In this document: positions 35,909 through 47,632 of the stretch, one piece after another
Numbering within the stretch: the first letter of the stretch is position 1
How the letters are laid out: every line of letters starts with the position of its first letter
Assembly: GCA_964270895.1 (NCBI GenBank)
Contig: OZ185436.1
Length of the DNA stretch: 64,000 nt
Source of the DNA: Podarcis filfolensis
Lineage: Eukaryota
Reading direction: 5' to 3' (one strand)
Program-made: the position numbers and the translations under genes
The notes under the pieces: generated by a model
What the model was told of the DNA's origin: nothing
Seen by the model: only the letters and a program-made list of their open reading frames with translations
The model's database searches: none

Positions 35909-37754
35909 GCAGGAGGTATTAGCCTGACCACTTGTTTTAAAGGCTCTGCTCACTGTCTCTCTGCTTTATGTGCCGTATTTAGTGCAAATAAAGTTCCCAT
36001 CCAAGGGAGAGCCGGAATGCCTGCAAAGCTCCTTAGCGCATCCATCTTAACTACCGAGGGTCTTAAACCTTATTATGCGTCGCCTTAAGAGAAGTCAAAA
36101 CTACAAATAACTTGTCTTGAGATCCCAGGCAGGAGACACAAGTGTTTGTTTAAAGCGCGGCTGTAAAGAGGAAGATGGTGTTCCGTTCCCGTTCTGCACC
36201 AGAGCTAAAGAGGGGGTTTATTGCACCCCACCCACCCCTTTGCCGCCGTCCCCCACCCCCTTCCTGGTTGCTTGTTTCATCTTTTCACAAGCACCTCTGA
36301 GAAAGGAAGGGAGAGCAAAGGGAGCTGGCAGATTGGTGGGATTTACAACCTCGAAGTCACCCATCTCCCCAGCCCCCGCTTCCTGCGATTAGACAGATCA
36401 AACCGGACACCTACCTGCGTTTATGACCCACTCCCTTTCCTGAGTGGAAAAGGATCCTGCAATAAAAGTCTAGCTTACCCATTGCTTTTATTTGAGGGGA
36501 TGGGTGGGGGCTGTATATATATTATTATAGGCCACCTGGTGAGGCAATGGGGTGGAAGAGAGACCACAACAATTGCATGGGTTTAAGGGAGGGGGGCATA
36601 GCTTTCGAAATAAGGGGTCTTCTACTTGATCTTTCTCCCCCCCGCCCCCGCCCCCTTTTGAAACCTCCCTCTTGCAATGAAGAAGACTACAGAGAAAGTG
36701 GGGGGAGAAAGTTTCCTGCCTTGAAAAGACGGAGACAGCAAGAGGAGTGCTTTTACCACAGGCATGCAGCTGGAGAGGCTTCGCAAATCTCCTGCAAATG
36801 CTTATAGATTACATTACAGTTCATGTTACTGCAACTGTTTATGTTCCAGACTCAAGCAAACTCTAATCCTGCCTTGTTCAGAAAATAAATAGAAAGGTCA
36901 ACAGTAGTGATTCGCTTCCCCTCCCCCCCCTTCCTCCATGTTATAGTTGCATCTTTGAGTCATGAATAGGGGAAAATCTGTACTTCTCAGGAAATATCAC
37001 GTAGAGACCTATTGGTAGTTGTATTAATCTATTTCTGTATACGTGTGTGTGTAAGGTCTAGGTGTTGTCCACACATCTCTTTCTCCCTCTCCACTATTTG
37101 CGTATTACATTATACAATATTCATATAATATTAATATTAATGTTATTAGATGGCTAAATGTAGACAGACATTGCAGAAGATGTAATGAACTGGATATCGG
37201 AAGTTTGGCTACTGCAAATTACTGTTTCCCATTTTCTAGACTCCAAAAAATAAAATAAAAAACCTCAAGCAGGCATTTTAGATAGACATATGGATGGATG
37301 GACAAATAGCTTATTAACTATCCTAATCAACCGTACACAAATTTCTCGTCTTTTGTTTGTGCTATTGAGTTTTCCTCAAGCATTAGGTTGTTCGTTTCCT
37401 TTTCCCTCGAAAGGTTATCCCTCTCTAAAACTAGAATAAACCCACCCACACAACACCACCAGCGACAGCGACAGCAGAGGCAACGACAAAAGGGCATTTA
37501 CCACCATTGGGGGGGTGTTATATGGTGCAGGGCTAATATGGGTAACTGGCAGGAAAGACAGAAATTGCAAGTCAAGCAAACCACAATCGCACACAAAATC
37601 GATAACTGGGATTTCAACTCTTGACCGAATGGAAACGCCATTTGATAGAGAAGCTCTTTCAGAACCAGATCATAAATCAATACAAGCAGCAAATCAGTCA
37701 ATCAATGCAATTTGCATAGACGCAAGATAGACGCTTTCTCACTTTCCTTTTTTA

Positions 37755-37759
<5 letters not shown>

Positions 37760-37815
<56 letters not shown>
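37760..37815. repeat. (TA)n microsatellite
   Basis: Seen directly. Confidence 0.95.
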
Positions 37816-37820
<5 letters not shown>

Positions 37821-38504
37821 CACACACACATACATAAACATACACATATATGAGAGTGACAAACAGCAATTAATAATATATTCAACAACCCCCACACCGC
37901 ACGCAGCAAGCACACACACATACATTAAAGAGCTGTACTGAGCGAAACGAGTGAATACCAGCAGAAGCCTGGTATCAGGAATACTTTCCCAAAGACGAAA
38001 ATGCCCCATCCCCCACGTCTCTGCTGAATTGCTCAACATATCACACTATTCTCAAGGAGAATATATATATTTTCCTAAACACTCTCCTACAAATTAATTA
38101 ATATTCTCAATGGGTTTCTTGTTCTTTACTGTTAGCCGTTTTAAAGTGTTCTAATTTATAAGGCTCCCACGGGAGATATACAAATAGAACTCCATTCACA
38201 ATACCCTCAAATGGAAACCAAAGACTTGACGGGAGAGAAGAGGAAATGGAAATAAACTGGTGTTTGTGTGTTGTGGAGAATGGTCCAAACGAAAGAACGA
38301 CATGAAAGTTCCCTTTCTTGATAAGGATATGAAGGCAATAAAATTCATCTAGGTACGTACTTCTTTCACGAGGTGTGCGTGGGGCTAACCTTTTGGGGTC
38401 TTTTAGGCAATCGCGATTGATCTAAAACTTTGCTCCCAGCAAATATTTGCACGGGATGTGCCGTCGGTGTGTTTGCAGCGCCTTAAAAGCAAATATACTT
38501 TGGC

Positions 38505-38595
38505 TGGAGTCCTAGGCACACACTGACCTAGGAGTAAGACCCACTGAACTCAACGGGGTTGACTTTTTGAGAAGACACGTATTGGATGGCATTGT
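38505..38595. mobile_element. ~90-bp palindromic MITE family copy
   Basis: GACCTAGGAGTAAGACCCACTGAACTCAACGGGGTTGACTTTTTGAGAA..GGATGGC. Confidence 0.65.
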
Positions 38596-40389
38596 CTGAC
38601 AGCCAGCTGCTGGATGTGTTCATATACAGTGAAGGTGGGTACTATTGGTATGTGTTGGACATTCCCTACCCTTTCAACCTCGAGAATTGTTATTATTCCC
38701 ATGTTTACAAACTTGAACGCATATATGGTCAACGGAATGGAAGAAGGTTGTCTCAAATGCTAAAACATGAGGTTTCAACCCTCTAGGATACTCCTCTGCA
38801 AAAACTCGCCAAATAAACCCTGCACCTGGTCAATTTCTTTATCTTCTGACTCTTCCCGTCCATCCACCCACCCCAAAGGGCTTTCAATATAACCTGCGCT
38901 CTGAAAGGACTTTCTGATGCTTTTGGCCAAGCCCTGAGCGCCCGTCTCACTTCCTTATTGGAACCCTCAAGGATACACATCTAGCAAGAACTCTCGGGTC
39001 TTACAAAGTGGACACAGTCCGATGATCCCTCGCCAGCCAGCTCTGCTCAGCTATTCAAACATTGATGGCTTTTGTTTTTTTTAAAAAAAATATTTTGCAA
39101 TTCAACTTGCAAGGGAACGCTAGCCCTTTGCTTGCCGTCTGCTCTGTGACCGACTGTTAGTCGGCTTGAGGCAGTGAGATAGGGAGGGATAGGTATCTAA
39201 ACAAATCAACAGCACTCTTCCATTCCGTCACCTTTCTTTTTTCTTTTTATCAAATAAGAGGAAGTCCTGGTTGAGACTCTAAGCAGATAGGTAGAGAAAT
39301 AGTTCCTCTTCCCATTAAAAAGCAGCGTCTAGTTCACTACAATGTGGGAAACTGCTGTTGTTCAACAATAGCACCTGCCTCCTCCCAGAACATTCCAACT
39401 TTAATTTTATTTTTTTTATATACATCACAAACTCATGTGATTTTTTAAAAACTGAGCTCGTTTACTATGGCCTTCAATTTTTATTCCCAGTTATTCGGAA
39501 ATAATTTTAAAGAAAGTACCCATGAGTTACAAAGATTTCCACGTGAGAGCTCCCAATATTAATAATAATCTTAATTAAATAAGATTAATTAATAAAATGT
39601 GTGATTCATAAAAATGTGTGATCCTCTCTACCTGTGGCAGAACATGGTCTATAGTCATATTTCTATTCTTTTAAAAAAAATCCAAACGGATACACAATTT
39701 CTAAGTAAAATAAAATATCAAGCTCTGACTAATGAAGTTTGACAGAATTACTTGAGGTGATGGTGTCAGGGAAGGCGGGGTGGGGGTGGGGAAGAATGGG
39801 AATGTGGCAGACGTGTGAATGTCACATCGCCTCTGTCAGTCACAACATGTTTTCTTCTGTTTGGCTTTCACACATATATATCATCGCCTATATGTTATTT
39901 CCTCTTGTTGAGTGGAGGACAAGGACCACGTGATCCCATTCCGGGCATGCTCCTTGTCATTCTGGAAATAGTTTTGATTTCACAGGAGGACACAAATCTT
40001 GCAGGTACCTTTCCATCTTTCGGTAGTAGAAAGGTCAGTTTGAAAGTATCAGCCACCCCCAAATATCCATTATGGGGAAAGAAAACAAAAACCAAGAAAT
40101 AGTCGAGAGAATTGATGGGGGTGGGGGACTCAAAGCTTCCTGCAATCATAACTCCTCAGAGTAATTTCCCATTCTGCAGATGAAAGACTGCTTTGTGAAC
40201 GCTTCTCTGAGATGGGGTGCTGAACTTCTCTCTCTCTTCCACCTCCTGGTGGGGGCAGACCCATGAAGATCCATGTGTATTGCATCAGAGATCAATAATT
40301 TAAATACTGTATATATACTGTATATGAATTGGCAGAACGTCTGTGGTTATAGGTAAATATATAGATATAGATCTGTTTAGGCAATGCCC

Positions 40390-40550
40390 TAATTCCCACA
40401 GGGCCAAGAAAGAAGGTATTGAGCCAGTCACCAACTCTCAGCCTAACCTTCCTCACAGGGCTGTTGTGAGGGTAAAAGTGTAGGGGAGGAACATCTACGC
40501 CCCCTTGAGCTCCCTGGAGGAAAAACATGATATAAATATGATAGATAAAT
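40390..40550 (+). mobile_element. MIR/Ther-1-derived SINE (Squam3-like), 3' part
   Basis: GCCAGTCA..CTCAGCCTAACCTTCCTCACAGGGCTGTTGTGAGG..GCCCCCTTGAGCTCCCTGGAGGAAAA..GATATAAAT tail. Confidence 0.8.
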
Positions 40551-40702
40551 CCAATAGGCAGGTGGGTGGGTTGGTGGATCTCTATCTATCTGTCTGAAAT
40601 CAATAATGTACAGGGCGAGTCCTTTAAAAGAGGCCCCGTGGATACATGTTCCATGGGGCCTCTTTTAAAGGACTCACCCTGTATAATAGGTTTCTACAAT
40701 AT

Positions 40703-40836
40703 CCAAAGATACCGAGCCTCTGGCGCTCCAGACATTGTAAGACTACAACTCCCATCATTTCCAACCAGGCACTATGCTGACTGAGGATGATGGGAGTCGT
40801 AGTAACACATGGAAAGCCACAGGTTCTCCATCCATT
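40703..40836. mobile_element. hAT-type MITE (GACTACAACTCCCATCA family)
   Basis: Internal inverted repeat ACTACAACTCCCATCAT ... ATGATGGGAGTCGTAGT, with degenerate outer TIR GCCACAGGTTCTCCATCC. Confidence 0.75.
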
Positions 40837-42696
40837 TATTAATGGATCAGACCCATGCTCATACCCTTTTCCGAACAATTGAGGCAGCACAAGCATCAAA
40901 TGAGGCGCTATGATGGTCTCCTAAAGTTTGTCCTCCAGTACCTGGTATCGAGGGAGGTACCCTTATAAGCCTCTGTGGAGGTACAATTTAGGAATCGTGG
41001 CTAAGTGCAATCCACAGAGTTCTTTCCAGCATGAACTGAATTCTTATACGAAGCTGTCGAAGAGAGAAGCCACCACTGCTTCTTCTGGCAGTAGCGAATG
41101 CTATTGTGAAGACCTATGAGCACGAATTAGAATCCAAGCTGATGGTATCTGTTTACTTAGTGGGACCAGCATTTCTCTTCGTGGGTTTGGCAAATGAAGG
41201 CACGTTTCAAAGCCGTGGGAAAGTAAACTGTGATAAAGCCACTGATTCCAACCTAAACCTTAGGCTGACCTCTCCTAACTTTTGATTTCTCCTCCTCCTC
41301 CTCCTCCTCCTGCCCATCTAAGTAAGAAACTCGCTTTGCAGCACAAGCTCCCTATCAACTGCCAAAAGCAAATATCTCCCCCATGCATGCTTTCCATATA
41401 ATCCTTAACTACAACGTATGGGGGGAAACCTGTTTCAGGTCCAAGTGTGGGTTGCCTCAAAACAGCACCTTTTTTCAGATAAAGTTGGACACGACTTAGC
41501 AGGACACCAGCCACCATCTTTTTTCCATCTAGCTATAAAGGGGGGATTTGCAATACTCTCAGCAGAACCATACCGAATAGCTGAATTGCCCAGTTCAACA
41601 AACGTTAAAGGAGCTCATCTGTCGCCTACGTAAGCGCCCTGGGGCAAGGCTGGATCTCCTTTGCGCAAAAGCACTATGACCTGAGTCAGATTTCCAACGC
41701 TTCAGCTGAGCATGGTTGGAGGGAATGCCAAGTCCTTTTATTTTGTTTTTAATGGGCTCACCTCAGATGGGAACCGTTTAATTATACGGTGAACTCCCAT
41801 CTTATGCTCCCCATTACTGTGTTAAAGAGTGCAAAGGTACCGAACTACTACTACTACTATTAGTAGTAGTGTGCCTCCTCCTCCCTCTCTCTCCTTCTCT
41901 TTGTCTTACAACCTCCCCGCCCCTACCCCAACACCGCCAGGCAGCAGTTCCCTGCGTAGGTTCATGTCACAGAAGACCAACACCCAATGGACTCCTTCCA
42001 AAGGAATTATAGTTTGAGATATAGCATTCTACTGCTCCATGTAAATTCCTTCATTGCTTGCTTCTTTTTGTTTTTATTTATTTTATTTAAGGCTCGTTCC
42101 ATTGGCTCATTAAAGATGTGTGTGGTCTTTCTCAAGGAAGCTGCTTCTGGAGTGGACTTTGTCCTAAGAGGCTAGCAACCTCAGTTTGCTGTGGCCAAAT
42201 AAGTTGGACTATTGCACCCAGGTGAAGGAAAGGTAAAGCAACCTCTGTCAATCACCCCACTCTCCCTTCAAAAAAAGAGCTGGGTGGTCAGGATGTTGAG
42301 TGTGCCCCCTGTGGTTAATGTGGTCCAAACTGGTAAGGGTCAGAGGATTTTTGTAGCTTTCTACAAAGAGGAACAACCTGTTTTTCTTTCACAAGAAGGA
42401 GTCATTGCTGTTATAATGGGCCTTCCAGAACATTTGGCTTGGCTGTAGGCAATAGGGATGGTCTTGGTTCCACTAGCTAAATACTGAGTAGGAGCAGAGT
42501 GTGTGTTTACTTTAGGCCTGTGTGCATCCTCCCACTAACGTATTGGCATCCCTAAGTCTTAATAAGACAGAGAAAGTTCTAGCATGTAGTCTAAGTAAAT
42601 TATATGCTACAAGAAACAGTATGCAAGAAAAATTGAGCCCAAGTGTCCTCCTGCCTAGAAGCTCCTGCCTGGATTTTAATGTCATTTTCAGTGAAT

Positions 42697-42876
42697 GGGA
42701 CAGTAGTTCAATGGTAGGGCATTTTTCTGCACACAGAATAGCCCAGCTTAAGTTGCTGGTTATATCAGTTTAAAAACTTGGTATCAGCTCATGGATAAGA
42801 CCTCTGGTGGAAGACTGCTGCTGGCTGGATTAGATGGGCCAATAATTTGACCTGGTATAAGGCACCTTCAGTGTTC
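42697..42876 (+). mobile_element. tRNA-derived squamate SINE (same family as 15683-15859), old copy
   Basis: Head GGGACAGTAGTTCAATGGTAGGGCAT; tail GGATTAGATGGGCCAATAATTTGACCTGGTATAAGGCACCTTCAGTGTTC. Confidence 0.65.
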
Positions 42877-43247
42877 AGACCTGCCTTGCGCTAACACAAG
42901 ATCACAGAACATCCACATTAAAATACAAGAAACTTCAGACCTGTATAGTGGAAGGTAAGTGGACACAAAGAGAAATGTGCTGTACACCCATAAACGATAA
43001 CCTTATGGAAGCATCTTCCAACAAGAAAGAGTATTCTGGCACCTTGAGGACTTGGAGTGTCTGGCTGGCTGGATTCCATCCTTTGACCCCATGTTACCAG
43101 TACTGTAAACCCAGTCCCAATAACCGAGGTTCCCAATTCAGTGTTGCCATGAAAGCAGGGTTGCACAATGCTGAAAACCCACGTGTGGTTTTTCCATTCC
43201 TGCTCTAATGAATGCAAATCAAATCCAGTGGAACCAAGACTATAATT

Positions 43248-43379
43248 NNNNNNNNNNNNNNNNNNNNNNNNNNNNNNNNNNNNNNNNNNNNNNNNNNNNN
43301 NNNNNNNNNNNNNNNNNNNNNNNNNNNNNNNNNNNNNNNNNNNNNNNNNNNNNNNNNNNNNNNNNNNNNNNNNNNNNNN
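43248..43379. other. Run of 132 N (gap or mask)
   Basis: Seen directly. Confidence 0.99.
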
Positions 43380-43504
43380 GGGAGGAACAGAGAAAGAATT
43401 TGTGTCTGGCCCATGTTTGAAGATTCTGTCTTCAAACATTATTGTCAGTTTACTACCGGCTTAGGCCACAACGCTTTATAATTTAAATGACTGGTTTTAC
43501 ACAT

Positions 43505-43580
43505 CTTTACACCCCAATAAACATGTTTACTCAGAAGTCCGTCTCCTTCATTTCAACTGGTCTCACTTTCAAATACATAT
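43505..43580. mobile_element. ~90-bp palindromic MITE family copy (degenerate)
   Basis: CATGTTTACTCAGAAGT..TCCTTCATTTCAACTGGTCTCACTTTC. Confidence 0.5.
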
Positions 43581-43780
43581 CATAGAGCTCGCAAATTTCC
43601 ACGCCCCGTTAAACTGAGTGAAGGAAACTTCTGAAATATTGATTGCCCTCCTTGTTTTTTTCGGGTGGCCCAATAAGAATCAGGGTATTTGAGGGGAGCA
43701 GAATAGTGAAAGCCTTTGAAGACTGAAGAAGTGTTTAAGACTGCTGTGGAAGAATATGAAGGCTTTGGGAACTTAATGAA

Positions 43781-43782
<2 letters not shown>

Positions 43783-43826
<44 letters not shown>
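43783..43826. repeat. (GT)n microsatellite
   Basis: Seen directly. Confidence 0.95.
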
Positions 43827-43829
<3 letters not shown>

Positions 43830-46800
43830 CCTACGTGTTTGTGAGTGTGTGTGCACTGCTGCTAACTTCCTCTTTTCTGATTTCTCTCAGTCAGCCTATC
43901 CAGACTGTAAGGACATACTCATCTCTGAGGAAAGGGGAGGATCTTCCATGTTCCGTGATGAAGATCTATTGGTTAGAACAGGACTGGGCAGATGGTAAAT
44001 CAGGATCTACGAATGGATCTCTCTCGGGATGGTTTGCAGTAGACCGGCAAGGTTTTGTGTTGGTTTTTTTTACTCCAAATGGTTTAACAATAGCAACAAT
44101 TTTGTTAAAAGGGCTCCCCCTCCCTTAAATTAGGTGTCTGAAACGGAAGGCTTGGGAGGAAGGAACCAGGAATTAAGTCGTCTGCGAAAGGACTGTAAGA
44201 TCAGTTAAGGACCTTCTGAATGCTATATCTTAGATTGAGTGTGTGCTCAAAGGCACAGTAGCACCCCTCGCCCGCATGCCAACATTTTGCATTTTGTGGA
44301 TCTCGATGTTCTAGTAAAAAACAGAGTAGATCCGTCCAACCTGAAGTATGCCCTCCCCTCGGTTAGAAGAACCATGAAGAAAGGAAACGCAGCCACCATA
44401 GAACGTTTTCATCTAAGAAAAGTGTCGCCAGAAAGCCAGCGTCAGAACAGGACTGTCAATCATACTTTTGGAAAGCAGAATCTTCTCCCTCAGATCATCC
44501 CCCTTCACACCGCCCAGACTTTATTGAGGGATGTGTAGGCCTATACAAAGGACAGCTGTTCTCTTTTCGGGAAGAGCTTCAGCAACATCCTATTGGGGAC
44601 CTTCCTGAGTGAAATTTGATTTTCCCACTTTCCTAGAGAAAGATGGAAGATAGAAAGGGGAGGAGAGGGAGATATTCTAGAAATGGCATTTTTTTTCTAA
44701 ATGGAGAAAAGGGGACATCGTTCCGTTGTTTGCACAGGGAAATGAAGAAAAGGGTGTGCTTTCTTTTTTCATTCCCATGTGTTCAGAAGAGACTTTCTTC
44801 ATTGTCCTGAAGATGTTGTTGGAAGGCGACGAATGTCCTTCAATAGTTCTACTGAGAACCTCGGAGTGGTTGACATTTATGAAGGTCTGTCTATCCGCTA
44901 CACTGCCTAAGTGGATTGTGCCGACGTCCTTTTGGGTAGCTTGTGTTCAAGCTTTCTCTGAGGCTTACAAAATTCTGCTTTCCTCTCCCCTCTGTGACCT
45001 TCCTATCATCCCATTGAACACCCTAGTCAGCTTCCCAGTTCAACTTTTGCTGATGACTGTCACCAGCACCAACCCTTAGGAAACCAAGCGAGGCGACTGC
45101 CACAAAATACAGGGTGCCTTCTGTCTGGTATGGAGTTGCTTGGATAACTGGGCCACAATGTCACGAACCAACCAGCCAAAGAAACTTTTGAAAAGCCACA
45201 ATGTAACTCCTTTTTGCCTTTAACTTCAGTGCTGTTGCTAGTTGGGGCTGAGGATCGGGAACTGTGTTAAGGATGAGTTGGATGATATCCCAACGATAGT
45301 TTCTCTGCTCATTGGGCATGACAGCAATGTGTCAGTTGCACCTGAGTTTTAAACACAGTTAGTCACAAAGATCTGCTCCAGACCTACATCGCCAAATTGG
45401 TAAGGGTAAGACACTTGCATTCCCTCTCTCTCTCTCTGGCCTAGGTAAATTGCGACTGATTGCCAGACCAGTAGCTATCAAAATAAACCATAAACTTCCC
45501 AGAAAGTCCATGCAGGAAGACACCATCCGATCAAGATTTGGCCTATCAGTATGGAATTATGGAGAATCTCCCAAAGCTATATGGCACTCCGAGGAAACTT
45601 AACTGATAATCTTTCCTAGGCACCAGCCTGCCATTATAAGTGAATTCCATCAATGCAACAACAGAACTGAGAAAGAACATCTTCGGGGTTAAACTGGGGA
45701 CAGTGCAAGGATATATCGAAGGATTATAACAGCATTTGCACAGCGCTTTTTGAGCGTGCAAGGTGCTCCACGTCACTGCTATTCCAACATCGCTGCTCTT
45801 ATCCCCAGACCGCAGGTGGACTGGTAGATCTATAGTGCCTTGCCTAAGGCCACTGAGGCCAAATTTCAACCGGATCATCCAGTTCACCACCAGGGGAAAA
45901 AAGATTCACTGGCTAGAAAAAGCTACCCCTTGAATCGTAGTGGCAGTTACGTTAATGAGACTCACACGCACACACGTACAAATAATGTATACACGGACTT
46001 ATGCAACGCTGGTGGGAAATATATTTATCACACACCCATATACACACTCCTCTCATGGTCTACTCCAGCGTTCTCTTCCTTCCCCTCCCTTCATTTCTCC
46101 CTAGGACAAAGATCTGGCCAGACTTTCCGGCCTAGCTTCAACCTTACTCCATTCCACCTGCCAACACCCGCGATGCGTACAGAGCAGCCAACGTCTCAGC
46201 CCAACTCCAGCGCGCATGCACTTTACCCCGCCGCCGCCACCACACAAACTTCTTTTTTCTTCTACCCATTAAGCAAGTATTGTACCCGGGGACATTTAAG
46301 TGTATCTCTCAACCCAGCTGCAAGAGGCAGTCCAAACATTTTGACCGAAAGTTTCTGTTCAGAGGGGGGAACTCCCACCACCCCATCAGATCTCGAGCGT
46401 CTTCAGAGAGGTGTCGAAAGCGGGTGGGAGAAGAAGGGAATGAGTCAACCTCTGCCTAACTAAGTAGAAGAAGGTTTGGGTCCTTATCTCGTTTTCCACA
46501 AGCCCCGAGGAAGTCAGGAAGGGGAACAAAGGTCTGATCTTGCTTCTTGATAACCGCCACTCTCGACGTGCGCTCCAGAAAGCTTCCCCACACCACCACC
46601 TCCATCACCCTGGAGGAAAAAACCTTACGCTCCACACTTTCACCCCTCCCCCAACTTCGTAGCCAAGGTGCAACTGAATTCCTCTCCCCCCCACCCCTCA
46701 CCCGCACCTCCACAAGAAAGCTGGATACCGTGTTAGAAGCTGGGAGGGGATGGCGTGGGGAGAGGAGAGCGCAAAAAAAAAGCGGGGGAAAGAAATTAAC

Positions 46801-47569
46801 TTACTGATCTCGCCAGGGATCCATTTGGGAAGATGTGCCTTCCCTAACAGCAGCCCAAGACGTCGTAATCCGCACTAACTGCCTTGTCCCACTGTCCCAG
46901 CATTAAACAGCTCCAGCAGCTGCGATGGTGGACAGTTAAGATTATATATGATGTAAATATATTGTGGGTATGTCAGCTCCCCCAAACCATAAAACTTAGT
47001 TTAATGACATCACGTGCTCACCGAGAGCCATTCAGGGCTTTTGCTTTGGGCTATCCACATAAATAACCTTCAAAAGTTTTAAACTACTAAATTCACTTAG
47101 AAGCCATGGGTATTTCTGCTAATGTTCTCAGGGATAGTCAAAGCCTTGGCTCAAAAAGTCCTGGATTATTATTATTATTATTGTTATTATTTTTCATCCT
47201 CTCTTTTAAAGCACACACACGCGCACACACACTGGAACTTTGGGTCTGTCATTTTTTCCCCCTTCCCTCGCCCTCCCTTTCTTGTTTGGAGGCCTTTTTA
47301 AAGTCCCCACTGTGTTGACACGGATGACAGTGAAAGGTAAGCGATGTTTCATTTCCTTCTTGGCTTTGCAAGACTTCTTTAGGAACGGACTGAAAAGCAG
47401 GAGAAAGAGGAAAAGGAGGGGGGCTGTTAGATATTGAATAGCAAAAGTCAATGACAAGCCCAACAACCAAATATTAATCAGTCCTGAAAAATTACTTTTT
47501 AAAAAGACAGGGAAGAGGCCCAAATAGACCCACGTTGTTCGCTGGATAAACGCACAATTATTCACAAGG

Positions 47570-47572
<3 letters not shown>

Positions 47573-47629
<57 letters not shown>
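47573..47629. repeat. (TA)n microsatellite
   Basis: Seen directly. Confidence 0.95.

Positions 47630-47632
<3 letters not shown>

Noticed and set aside
45840-46463. 207-aa plus-strand ORF
   Set aside because: It starts at TTG, crosses CA-repeat and T-rich sequence, and shows no family resemblance.
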